Position numbers and translations under genes: made by a program. From a virus: DNA of 64,000 nucleotides. Positions 19,331-29,135 of this stretch are shown in pieces; the first letter of the stretch is position 1, and every line of letters begins with the position of its first letter. Below the pieces are notes generated by a model. That model was given only the letters and a program-made list of their open reading frames with translations. It did no database searches and was not told where the DNA came from. The DNA lies in the IMG/VR virus record IMGVR_UViG_3300011114_000773, positions 32,001 through 96,000 of that record; one strand, given 5' to 3'.

Positions 19331-20313
19331 AAAAACTATCAGCTAGCAGGATAAAAACTCTTCAGAGTTGCTCATGGACGTACTGGGCGAACTACGTCCT
19401 CAAGCTTCCTCAGTTGTCTAATTCTGGAGCTATGAGGGGTAGTATATGCCACGATATTTTCGAGTTGCTGCTTATGGACAGCAGGAAGAAGTATCAAAGA
19501 AAAATAGTCAAAAGCAATTCTCTGGACGCCTGTCCTTCTGTGAAAAGGCTCGTCAAGCTGTATCTCAAGAAGCAGAAGCTTAATGACCAATCGGAATACA
19601 ATCTCGTAGAGAGGATGATTGTCGTCGGGCTTGCTAGCGATTTCTTTGGAAAGAAAGGGACAAAACTGTTCTCTCCAGAGCATCAATTCGATATAGTAAA
19701 CTCGGAACCTCTATATCATATCGGCGGATTCATTGATAAGTGGGGGATAGACGAAAAGACGAAAACCATCTATATCTATGATTATAAGTCTAGTAAAGCT
19801 AAATTCGCTGGAGAAGAGCAAACATCTAATATCCAAGCGATGATGTATAGCCTTGTCGCTAAGAAGTTGTATCCAGAATACAAGCCCGTAGTCATTTTCA
19901 TATTTCTACGATTTGGTGACTCTCCAGAACAAATAGTTGAGTTTGATGAAAAAACGCTGGCCGGTTTCGAGCACTACCTAGAAGATGTAAATAGTCAAAT
20001 TAATAACTTTTCCTACGCTGATGCTATGGCGAACTTCGCCGCCGACCAACAGCAAAAGGGAGATTCCTTTAGTGGAAGGTTGGTCTGTGGTTTTTCAAAA
20101 ACGAAGGGCGAACTTAAAAAAGATGGTATGCCAAAATGGAGTTGCCCATATAAATTTGGATTTGATTACTTTGTCGGACTGGACAAGAATCAACAGATAG
20201 TGTCAACGGCCTTCACTAAAAACGAACTCGTTGACTCAAAGATTGTCTCTATTGAACCTCGGCAATACAACGGCTGCCCAAAATTCAATAAAACAGGCTT
20301 GACTAGTTTTTGA
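19312..20313 (+). CDS. PD-(D/E)xK RecB/Cas4-like exonuclease
   Basis: LSASRI...C, GSICH, GFIDK, IYDYKS, QAMMY and C-terminal cysteines. Confidence 0.85.
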   Translation: MEKSDLKKLSASRIKTLQSCSWTYWANYVLKLPQLSNSGAMRGSICHDIFELLLMDSRKKYQRKIVKSNSLDACPSVKRLVKLYLKKQKLNDQSEYNLVERMIVVGLASDFFGKKGTKLFSPEHQFDIVNSEPLYHIGGFIDKWGIDEKTKTIYIYDYKSSKAKFAGEEQTSNIQAMMYSLVAKKLYPEYKPVVIFIFLRFGDSPEQIVEFDEKTLAGFEHYLEDVNSQINNFSYADAMANFAADQQQKGDSFSGRLVCGFSKTKGELKKDGMPKWSCPYKFGFDYFVGLDKNQQIVSTAFTKNELVDSKIVSIEPRQYNGCPKFNKTGLTSF

Positions 20314-20322
20314 CGATTGTCC

Positions 20323-20351
20323 TTGACTGAATAGAGTGTGCAGCTTATGAT
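20323..20351 (+). promoter_or_regulatory. Sigma70-type promoter, leaderless
   Basis: TTGACT-17-TATGAT; ATG at 20358 is 6 nt after the -10 box. Confidence 0.75.
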
Positions 20352-20357
20352 AAGAGT

Positions 20358-21152
20358 ATGACTCAGAAAGTTTTTCCGATGCTAAAATCTCACTTTTCCG
20401 TGGGAAAGTCTATTTTAACTTTAGACGAGCCGGGTACCGAGGTCGTCGGTGGACCGGATTCGATATTCTCCCTTGCTAAAGCTAGGCCGGATGACAGATT
20501 CTTCGTAGTTGAAGACTCTATCTCTGGAGTTATGCAGGCGCTAACGGTTGCGAGTAAGACTAAAACCAAAATGACATACGGACTTCGCTTTACATACCTA
20601 GATGATGCTTCCGACAAAAGCGAGGCATCCCTGAAAAAAGAAAGTAAGATAGTTCTCTTGATGAAGAACTCTAATGCCTATACCGACTTAATTAAACTCT
20701 CTACGCTAGCGTCAAAAGATGGCTTCTATTATCTTCCCCGCCTAGACGCTAAAATGCTAAAAAAAATAGGGACGAGCAACTTGGTTTTAGTAGTTCCGTT
20801 CTACGACTCTTACCTATTCCGTAATAATCTCGAAACAGCGTCTGTCGTCCCTTCATTTTTGGGGGAATTCCCTAATGTTTATTTTTCTATTGAGGACAAC
20901 GACCTTCCTTTCGATTATCTTACTGAATGTCTAGTGCGGGATGCTGTTTTTAACCTCTCCAATGCTCAAGTAATTTATACGCAAAGTATCTTCTACGCAA
21001 AAAAGAAAGACTTCCTATCGTATCTAACTTTTAGATGTATTCATAATAGGACAAGTCTGGAGAAACCAAATCTCGAACACATGAGTAGTGATTCATTTTG
21101 TTACGAGAACTACCTTTTAAAAACTAATGAGCATACCCAATACGCCGTCTAA
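20358..21152 (+). CDS. Stand-alone PHP domain of DNA polymerase III alpha
   Basis: KSHFSVGKS, YGLR, IVLLMKN...YTDLIKLST, GFYYLPRLD match the DnaE N-terminus. Confidence 0.82.
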   Translation: MTQKVFPMLKSHFSVGKSILTLDEPGTEVVGGPDSIFSLAKARPDDRFFVVEDSISGVMQALTVASKTKTKMTYGLRFTYLDDASDKSEASLKKESKIVLLMKNSNAYTDLIKLSTLASKDGFYYLPRLDAKMLKKIGTSNLVLVVPFYDSYLFRNNLETASVVPSFLGEFPNVYFSIEDNDLPFDYLTECLVRDAVFNLSNAQVIYTQSIFYAKKKDFLSYLTFRCIHNRTSLEKPNLEHMSSDSFCYENYLLKTNEHTQYAV

Positions 21153-21639
21153 ACAGAGTCCATCGTCTGAAAAAATATTCGACTTCTCCGAGCAGATGAA
21201 GTCTGGAGATGCTGGTGAGCGGCTTTTCGTAAAAGCCTATAGCAATCTAAGTCCAGTTAAGTCTCAAGACTTACGGTATGATTTCTCAACAAGTATTGGC
21301 ACGGTTGAGTTAAAAACAGACCTATACCCGATGAGTCAGACAAAAAACTTCTTTATGGAAAGGTTCGGCGACATGAACGCAAAGAAGTCTGGCGGCCCTT
21401 GGCGGTCACACGAAGATAAGGTTGATTATTTCGTCTATTTCTACACAAGCGATTTAACTTTCTTTTGGTTTAAAACTCCCGAACTCATTGCTATTATCGA
21501 CGGCTTGACTAATAAGCGAAGAGAAAGATGGGTCAGGAACAAAGCATGGACCACTCTTGGGTATGTAATTCCTAGGTCCGAATTGGCATCTGTGACCTAC
21601 CAGACCGACGTTTTTCCTGCTCCGACAGACCCTTTCTGA
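21127..21639 (+). CDS. Small PD-(D/E)xK nuclease-like protein
   Basis: GDAGE...YDF...VELKTD...NFFME pattern. Confidence 0.6.
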   Translation: MSIPNTPSKQSPSSEKIFDFSEQMKSGDAGERLFVKAYSNLSPVKSQDLRYDFSTSIGTVELKTDLYPMSQTKNFFMERFGDMNAKKSGGPWRSHEDKVDYFVYFYTSDLTFFWFKTPELIAIIDGLTNKRRERWVRNKAWTTLGYVIPRSELASVTYQTDVFPAPTDPF

Positions 21640-21648
21640 TATAAAAAT

Positions 21649-22296
21649 ATGGATGGACATTTAATTAGATTTGATAAACAGTCGAAGTTCTGTTTTGTGG
21701 ATATAGAGTCATTTAATCTATGCTTATCTCTGGTATATAATAGGCCTTGGCAAATAGGACTTATCTCAGTCGTCGGAGACTCGATAGTCAAAAGCAATGA
21801 CGTGATAATCAACTGGCCGCATGTAAACGGCTTGACTTGCTCGGAAGGCGCAGCTAGAATCAATCACTATAATCAGTTCTCAGTCGCTAGAGATGGAATA
21901 ACCCCACAGGAGGGATTCGTTATGCTCGACAGTTACCTTTCTGATGCGAAATACATAGTGGGTCATAATTTATTTGGGTTCGACCTATATCTTATTCGAG
22001 ATATGTATCGGATGTTTGGCAAACCTTGGCAGCATTTAATTCCAAAAGTAATCGACACTAAAGCAATCGCCTTTGGCGTTAAGACAAACGTCCCATTCGA
22101 TGCTAGCAAAGAGAGTATAACCATGTACCAATATAGAATGGGAAATACCAGAGCTAAAGGAGTAAAAACATCACTTTCTACGTTAGCAAAAGAATACGGT
22201 ATAAAATTAGACGAGACTCGCTTGCACGAAGCTTTATATGACTTGGAGATAAATATCCAAGTGTGGAACAAATTAAAATTTCAAATAGACCTATGA
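21649..22296 (+). CDS. DEDDh 3'-5' exonuclease (Pol III epsilon-like)
   Basis: VDIES, VGHNLFGFD, IDT, HEALYD motifs. Confidence 0.9.
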   Translation: MDGHLIRFDKQSKFCFVDIESFNLCLSLVYNRPWQIGLISVVGDSIVKSNDVIINWPHVNGLTCSEGAARINHYNQFSVARDGITPQEGFVMLDSYLSDAKYIVGHNLFGFDLYLIRDMYRMFGKPWQHLIPKVIDTKAIAFGVKTNVPFDASKESITMYQYRMGNTRAKGVKTSLSTLAKEYGIKLDETRLHEALYDLEINIQVWNKLKFQIDL

Positions 22297-24842
22297 TTGA
22301 TTTTGACAGTAACTTCTCGGAGATTCCATATAGCCCTACTGGCGTCAGATTGCCGGAAATCTCCATTTCAGAAAAGCACCTAACGCTCGTCGGCCTAAAG
22401 ATGGGGGATTCTAATTACGATTTCCTTCGTGCTATATGCTTGACTGGTTTCAAATCTCTTAACCTGAAAAAGACAGACGCAAAATATGCGATTTATACAG
22501 ACAGGGTAAAATACGAACTCAGTATTTTCAAAGACTTAGGCTTTGTTGACTATGTCCTCATGGTTTGGGACGTGATTAATTACTGCAAAGAGAACTCTAT
22601 TCCCGTGGGTCCGGGAAGAGGAAGCGCGTGCGGCTCTCTAGTTCTCTATTTAATCGGAGTAACGAAAATTGACCCTATTAGATATGACTTATTCTTTGAG
22701 AGATTCGTTTCAAAGACAAGGGCAAAAAAGACAGTCGTCGATGGCGTGACATATCTCGATGGTTCATTGATGTGCGACGTTGACATGGATATCTGTTATT
22801 ATCGGCGTCAAGAGGTATTAGCCTATATAGACCAGAGATACTCTGGAAAGACCGCTAAAATCTTGACCTTTAATACTCTAAGTAGCAAAATCTTAGTTAA
22901 GGAAGTCGGAAAAACTGTCGGTAGCAAGGCAGACTCGGACATGACCAAAGTGACCGCGATGATTCCAAAGACTTTCGGAATTGTGGCGGATTTGCCGCAG
23001 GCATATAAAGAGGTCGCGGAATTCAAGACGTGGTGCGACGAAAATCCATTGATATTTCAGATTAGTCAAAAACTTCACGGCCTGATTAAGAACAAAGGCG
23101 TTCATCCATCTGGTGTACTAGTCTCTTACGAAAAACTCGAAGACTCATGCCCCACGGAATTGACTTCAGACAAGGCGGAAGTCTCGTCTGTCGATATGTC
23201 ATGGGTTTCCGTCGCTAACGTCAAGCTGGACGTTCTGGGACTTAGGAGCGTATCTGTGGTGAATGACGTTTGTAAATCCGTCGGGATAGAGATGAAGGAC
23301 ATCGACCTAAATGACTCGTTGATATATCTTAGCCTTCAAGATTTGAAAACTCCTCACGGACTTTTCCAAATTGAAGCGGACTTGGCATTTGAAGTGCTTA
23401 AGAAAGTCATGCCTCGAAGTCTTGAACAACTAAGCGACGTGCTAGCACTTGCTAGACCCGGTGCTATGGCGCACATTGACCAATATGCCGCCTATTCCAA
23501 TAACGGAGTCTATGATGCGGAAAATCCATTCTTTGACGATATTCTAAAGCCTACAGGTGGAATTTGTCTTTATCAAGAGCAGTTGATGAGGATGGTAAAT
23601 AAAATTGGATTCAGCCTTGAGGATTCAGAGCAAGTCCGCCGATGCGTCGGCAAGAAAAAGGTAGAGGAGATGGCCCTTTGGGAAGAGAAGATTAGCAACA
23701 AGATTACTGAAAAAGGTCTGGACCCTAAGATTGGTAAAACGCTTTGGGATATTGCTAAGGCCTCTGCTAATTACCAGTTCTGCAAAAGCCATAGCGTAGC
23801 TTATGCGGCGCTTTCTGCGCTAACTATTTATCTTAAGTTCAAATATCCCCAGCAGTTCTTTCTGTCTCTTCTTAAAATGACGAAGAATGAACCCGACCCA
23901 GTTCAAGAAATTTACAAGATTCAAAAGGAGATGTCTTCGTTTGGAATGAGACTTCTTCGTCCCGACCTTCTTAAGTCGGAAATGCAGTTCAGTATAGTAG
24001 GAAAAGACATCAGATTCGGACTCATGTCTGTAAAAGGAATCTCTGAAGGCTCTTTAGACTCACTGCTTAAGTTCCGCACGGAATGCGGCGGGAAGCAGAT
24101 GGACAAATTTGAACTATATGAGTGCGCGAATAAGGCTAAGATTAATGTCGGCGTGCTGAGTTCTCTAATTCAAGCCGGTTGCTTTGAAACTAACGGAACT
24201 AGTCGCAGCTATGCCGTGTATCAGGCGCAGTTGTGGGGGCAGCTTACCGATAGAGAGAAAGTCATCGCAAAAACTATCGGCGAAAAGCACGAATTCAATT
24301 TAGCGAAGACTCTCGGAGCCATGAAGACAATGAAGACTGCCACCGGCAAAGAGGTTCTTAAAGAAACTCGCGTCGCTACGATTACGAAGGACTGTCGTAA
24401 ATACGCAGATATTTTTGAAATAAACAAGAAGAACGAACCGATAGCTAACTGGTGGTACGAGACTAAACTACTAGGCTATTCTTTTTCTAGTTCGCTAAAG
24501 AGTATTTATAGCGAGCAGCTAGAAAACTTTATGACCGTAAAAGAGGCGAAGTCCGCTCGTCAGCGGAGCACAGTTTATTTTGGTGGACTTATTTTTGAGA
24601 AAAGCATTAACGGCCAATCTAAAAAAGGCTCGAAATACATCAAAATGTTTCTCCGGGATGAGACGGAGCAAATCGTAGTAATGGTATTCAATGAGAGAGC
24701 AGAAGCTCTCGTCTCTGTTCCTGCTATTGACGATTTAGTACTGATAAAAGGAACAATACAGGATGGAGGGGTAGTTTTCGCCGACATCGTCGCTCCTCAG
24801 TCAGCTAAGATATACACAAAACTCTGTCAGCTAAAAGGCTAA
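22293..24842 (+). CDS. dnaE: DNA polymerase III alpha catalytic subunit (no PHP domain)
   Basis: GPGRGSACGS, DVDMD, HPSGV, KLDVLGL, FQIE, LYQEQ, FCKSHS, IRFGL and a C-terminal OB fold; ATG at 22293 overlaps the upstream stop. Confidence 0.95.
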   Translation: MIDFDSNFSEIPYSPTGVRLPEISISEKHLTLVGLKMGDSNYDFLRAICLTGFKSLNLKKTDAKYAIYTDRVKYELSIFKDLGFVDYVLMVWDVINYCKENSIPVGPGRGSACGSLVLYLIGVTKIDPIRYDLFFERFVSKTRAKKTVVDGVTYLDGSLMCDVDMDICYYRRQEVLAYIDQRYSGKTAKILTFNTLSSKILVKEVGKTVGSKADSDMTKVTAMIPKTFGIVADLPQAYKEVAEFKTWCDENPLIFQISQKLHGLIKNKGVHPSGVLVSYEKLEDSCPTELTSDKAEVSSVDMSWVSVANVKLDVLGLRSVSVVNDVCKSVGIEMKDIDLNDSLIYLSLQDLKTPHGLFQIEADLAFEVLKKVMPRSLEQLSDVLALARPGAMAHIDQYAAYSNNGVYDAENPFFDDILKPTGGICLYQEQLMRMVNKIGFSLEDSEQVRRCVGKKKVEEMALWEEKISNKITEKGLDPKIGKTLWDIAKASANYQFCKSHSVAYAALSALTIYLKFKYPQQFFLSLLKMTKNEPDPVQEIYKIQKEMSSFGMRLLRPDLLKSEMQFSIVGKDIRFGLMSVKGISEGSLDSLLKFRTECGGKQMDKFELYECANKAKINVGVLSSLIQAGCFETNGTSRSYAVYQAQLWGQLTDREKVIAKTIGEKHEFNLAKTLGAMKTMKTATGKEVLKETRVATITKDCRKYADIFEINKKNEPIANWWYETKLLGYSFSSSLKSIYSEQLENFMTVKEAKSARQRSTVYFGGLIFEKSINGQSKKGSKYIKMFLRDETEQIVVMVFNERAEALVSVPAIDDLVLIKGTIQDGGVVFADIVAPQSAKIYTKLCQLKG

Positions 24843-27800
24843 TATAGGCCTTTGTTATACTCTGTCCAGGTTATACCTTTGGGTATAAGCGTTCCCACGT
24901 TCGGTTGCGGGTATCTCCAGACAGGAATAACTGACTCTGAAAACCGTGAGTCTCCAGAAGCGGCTGTGAACTCGGCGTCATAATATTGTTTTTGGGCGCT
25001 AACTTCATATAATTTGCTGATAATCGGATTAACTGTGTTATCTGCTAGAGACTGCCCTTGACATGCGCTATAAAGCATGGTCGTCTCTGGCAGCATTTTG
25101 CCGTCTGGAAGCGTCACTCCGTCATACGATGGCATCACTTTTGCGTTAAGATATGCGTAATCGCTAATCGCGCCGACAATGTATTTATTATAGTTCTTTT
25201 CGTTAGTGTTTACCTCTGCGAAAGACTCGTCTGTCAAATATTTTACGTTTTCTCCAGTTACTTCTAGCTGCCTAGAAGGGGCGTATTGTAACTCGCAATT
25301 CGCAGGAATGGATACCTGATATCCGTGCTCAATCATAGTATTGGACAGGAATTGAGGATATAGAGAGTTCTCCTTGACGACATCCCCTACCGAGATATCT
25401 TTCAGGAACAGCCCCTCGGAGAGTACTGGGCGTTCCTTGATATTCTCATATTTTAGAACTCCAGTTATTAAGCAGTTTCCTGTCGGCATCACCAAATCTT
25501 CAACATCGTATGGAGGATTGCCGTATCCTGACCAATTTATGTTCGACACGATAACTTCTATTTTACACTGCTGTCTCCAGTAGTATATCTCTCCGGTATG
25601 AGTCGCTTGCCAGCCTGTTACAGAAACTCCCGTTCCCCAATCCGAACCGGACGGAATTTTGTATAAAATTCCAGTCTCCATTGTCCCTGTATATGAGAAT
25701 ATCTGGTTTTCATAGTTGAACGGTCCCGAAGTCTCTCGGGCAAATCCAGAACGAAAATATCCAGTTTCATCCAAAAATGAAGAAGCCGTTTTCTTTCCAG
25801 AGTATCCTCCGGGAAAATATTCCAAGGCGGCAAAGTGGAATCCGAATCCAGTAGGCTTCATGTCCGCTATAATTATCCGGTTGTCTTTGGCTGGTTCTCT
25901 TTTATGGCCAGCACTGAACATGCTGTCCCAATGGTAATGCCCATATCCATATCGGATAGAGTCAACAGTCTTGTCCCCACTGTAGAACCCCATCCAACTG
26001 TCCCCTACTAGGCCACTCGGTCCCGTAGGATGCCGAGAACCATTTAGCTGCTCATCGGCAGAGTAGTTATCGGTTATTCCGCTAAAATTTCCGACTCTCT
26101 TTAAGTACAATGGGTCAGAGCCAGCATATCCATATCCGCGTTCTGGATTAGACTGGTTTTCTTCGTATAGATTACGAGAGATTGAAAATGCAGAATACAC
26201 GCTCTCTGCGTCAAACGAAGAAGTCTCCAATCTGTATCCCGGCATCACGTAAGAACCCGTAATAGGAATTGTATATCCGGTATATCGAGAAAACAAGCCT
26301 ACTGGATTCTTAGTAGATGTCGCTGCATAATCTGGACCATACCACCCATATCCAACTATATGAGTATGGCCGACTATGAAAGCGCCGGTATCTCTTAGTC
26401 CGAAGTCAGAAGCGACAACCGCGTTCGTGCCCGAATATTTTCCTATTTCGTCAGACAGAAATCCCTGTATGTAGTTAGGAGGACTATCATATATAAAAGG
26501 ATTAGAACCCGAGTCGGCCATGACAAAGACATTAGAGTATATCTGATTAATGGGCTGCGAGAAGTTTTCATCTACGGCATGACTCGGCGTAGAAGAATTA
26601 GCTGTATCGAACAATATCGAATTAGGATTGACTGGATAGTTATAAGTATTTAATCCTCCACCAGCATCATAAGCCTGACGTTTATAGAATTCTCTTTTGG
26701 CATATTGTCTTATCGTCAGATTATATGTAACCTTATGAGGAAATCCTATTTCTTTAGGGAATCCCTTTCCGCTATATTCTTCGATAAGGTCTGCCTTTCC
26801 AAATTTTGTCAGGAATACATTATTACCCTTATTCTCGAAAGAATCAAGACCCTCCGTGTCTGATTTATAAATCTCCCCTCCAAACATCTGTTCTGCTGCT
26901 GGATACAAGAACCTCTTCTTAGCAGTGGCAAATGGTCCTCTAAAGTAGCGCGGAAATGAGTTTTCTCTCTTTTGTGTCTTTATCACGGGATACCAACCGG
27001 AGGACAGAAGACCAATGGAGTGCGGAGTTTTGGCAAATCCGTCTTCCGGTCCGATAAACGGAAATACTGTATTGCCAGCTATTGATGAAGACAGCCCACT
27101 GTCAAATCCGCTATATAGGTATTCTCCAGTGCCGTCATAGGCATACAGCAGGCTTATCGGAATCTCGCCATATAGCTCATGCGCCCATCCCACAAGCATT
27201 CTATCTTCTATTTGTGGCGACCCGATTATAGCTCCAGAAGACGATAGACTTCCATACCCGTCCAGAGCAGCATTACCCCAAACATAATCCGGTATTTCGG
27301 AGTAGCCTTTTGCTATTAGATAGTTTCCTAACTGCGAAGAATTTACGGTAGCGAACGGAATAGCTCCACCCGAAAATAAAAATCCAGAGTGGATATACCC
27401 ATTATTTGATATCCCGTATTCCGATAGAGAAGCCTTTTCCATTCCATTCCCCATGCCCAGACAAAGGCTCTCTATAATCCCAGAATAATCTTCTGAGCGG
27501 ATAATCCCGGTTGATGGGATATTATATCCGAACACTACCTCTGGTTGTATAGGTTCGTCTGGTTGATAGAAATTTTGATTTTCAAAAGATTCTGAAGCGC
27601 CGCTGGAAATTCCCATGAAGGTCGTTCTATTCCCTAAGTATCCGAATTCTGTTGCGGAAATTCCAAAGCGTAATCTTAATCCAGCATACCGGCTAGCAGT
27701 TTCGCTCTGGAAGTCCTCCTCCACGACTATATATGGATAATCACATTTTGTACTACGCTGCGGCGGACCAGCAATTCCGCTATTGCTATTGTCCAAATCA

Positions 27801-29116
27801 ATCATGGACAATTTGGAAAAGTTCATGGCCGTCTGGCACATTCTCTCAGAAGGGACTACCGGATTAGAGATTATTGATGATAGCCGTCCAGACCAGTTAT
27901 TTATATTTAGCTGGATTGGGACTATTTTAAATCCTGTATGGCCGGTAACTACATTGTATATCTCGTGTGCTACATTAGTAAATGGATATCTTCCGTATCC
28001 GCTTAGGGAATAACCTACTCTTCCGCTATTGTAATTTCCTACATGCTGCTCGACAATATTTCCCCCGATAGGTTGTTGAAGAATCTCCCGCTGAAATGGG
28101 GCGACGAACTCTCCCAACGCAGAATCTACGGTAACACCAGCCCCTTCTATTCCGTTCATTTCAATTCCATCAAAACTAGAGAGGACATTAGTATTACCAG
28201 AGTAGGAGCTTCCTGATAAATGCTGCTTATCCCTGTTATGAAATACATCACCGATAGTAGTCTCAGACCACTCTCCACTAGAGTATGGGCCATCGTTGAA
28301 TCTCCTGAAAAATTGCGTTCCTGTAATTGGGTTAATCGCCCTCTCTTTCTCAATACAAGGTAAAACGCGGGGAATTGTGTGAAAATATCTACCAACCACG
28401 GCTATATGATTCGTGGGATAGATAGGAACATCAATATACTCACAAAATGGGACTCCGTCCCAAGGTTTGGCCGAATAGACGAGTTCTCCGCTAACTGAAT
28501 ATTCCTGCGATGCCGAATCCTTTGCTTTTACTAGATTCGTCTTTGAACTAAAGCTGTCTGACAAGTCATAATATCTAAAGTATATAGCGGGAGATTCTAT
28601 TATTTTTTCAGACTGCTCGTATATAGTGTCAAGGACGGACTGATAGTTGAGTCCAGTGATAGCCTCCACGGCTGCGCGGGAAAAAGGTTCTCCATTCGGC
28701 CCACTGCCAAGAAAATAGTTCAGATGGTCGTATCCTTTGTATAAAAATCCAGTAAAAGACTGGTAGCTTAGGCCAGCGGATAGAGAGCCGAGAGCCATCG
28801 CCGCCGTCATGGTGGAATAGACGCTCTTGGTAGTAGATGAATATGAATATAAATAGTCAGTAGTTATCTGCTCTTCAATTGCGTGAAAATCTGAACCATT
28901 TTCAAGGCCGACTATGCTGTTCAATCCAGTATTTCCCGCAAGGTGTAGAGAGTATATTTCGTCTGCCGAGCCGATTTTCCCTAATCCGTTAAGACACGCC
29001 CTACAAACAGAGAGGTCTAAGCCATCTAGCGACAAACTCTTTTTGCGAAATCTAGCTATCGCTATATTAATAGCAAATGATGCTGCGATTTTTAATTGTG
29101 GGTCAAGTACTGACAT
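24839..29116 (-). CDS. Large putative virion protein (1425 aa), function unknown
   Basis: Very long ORF rich in G/S/T/Y with many SG/TG dipeptides, like the tail proteins in this window. Confidence 0.65.
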   Translation of the reverse strand: MSVLDPQLKIAASFAINIAIARFRKKSLSLDGLDLSVCRACLNGLGKIGSADEIYSLHLAGNTGLNSIVGLENGSDFHAIEEQITTDYLYSYSSTTKSVYSTMTAAMALGSLSAGLSYQSFTGFLYKGYDHLNYFLGSGPNGEPFSRAAVEAITGLNYQSVLDTIYEQSEKIIESPAIYFRYYDLSDSFSSKTNLVKAKDSASQEYSVSGELVYSAKPWDGVPFCEYIDVPIYPTNHIAVVGRYFHTIPRVLPCIEKERAINPITGTQFFRRFNDGPYSSGEWSETTIGDVFHNRDKQHLSGSSYSGNTNVLSSFDGIEMNGIEGAGVTVDSALGEFVAPFQREILQQPIGGNIVEQHVGNYNSGRVGYSLSGYGRYPFTNVAHEIYNVVTGHTGFKIVPIQLNINNWSGRLSSIISNPVVPSERMCQTAMNFSKLSMIDLDNSNSGIAGPPQRSTKCDYPYIVVEEDFQSETASRYAGLRLRFGISATEFGYLGNRTTFMGISSGASESFENQNFYQPDEPIQPEVVFGYNIPSTGIIRSEDYSGIIESLCLGMGNGMEKASLSEYGISNNGYIHSGFLFSGGAIPFATVNSSQLGNYLIAKGYSEIPDYVWGNAALDGYGSLSSSGAIIGSPQIEDRMLVGWAHELYGEIPISLLYAYDGTGEYLYSGFDSGLSSSIAGNTVFPFIGPEDGFAKTPHSIGLLSSGWYPVIKTQKRENSFPRYFRGPFATAKKRFLYPAAEQMFGGEIYKSDTEGLDSFENKGNNVFLTKFGKADLIEEYSGKGFPKEIGFPHKVTYNLTIRQYAKREFYKRQAYDAGGGLNTYNYPVNPNSILFDTANSSTPSHAVDENFSQPINQIYSNVFVMADSGSNPFIYDSPPNYIQGFLSDEIGKYSGTNAVVASDFGLRDTGAFIVGHTHIVGYGWYGPDYAATSTKNPVGLFSRYTGYTIPITGSYVMPGYRLETSSFDAESVYSAFSISRNLYEENQSNPERGYGYAGSDPLYLKRVGNFSGITDNYSADEQLNGSRHPTGPSGLVGDSWMGFYSGDKTVDSIRYGYGHYHWDSMFSAGHKREPAKDNRIIIADMKPTGFGFHFAALEYFPGGYSGKKTASSFLDETGYFRSGFARETSGPFNYENQIFSYTGTMETGILYKIPSGSDWGTGVSVTGWQATHTGEIYYWRQQCKIEVIVSNINWSGYGNPPYDVEDLVMPTGNCLITGVLKYENIKERPVLSEGLFLKDISVGDVVKENSLYPQFLSNTMIEHGYQVSIPANCELQYAPSRQLEVTGENVKYLTDESFAEVNTNEKNYNKYIVGAISDYAYLNAKVMPSYDGVTLPDGKMLPETTMLYSACQGQSLADNTVNPIISKLYEVSAQKQYYDAEFTAASGDSRFSESVIPVWRYPQPNVGTLIPKGITWTEYNKGLY

Positions 29117-29135
29117 TATCTATTATAGTGTTTGG

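Noticed and set aside
19312-20313. CRISPR-Cas system suggested by the Cas4-like nuclease
   Set aside because: No repeat-spacer array or other cas genes; such nucleases are common in phage replication modules.
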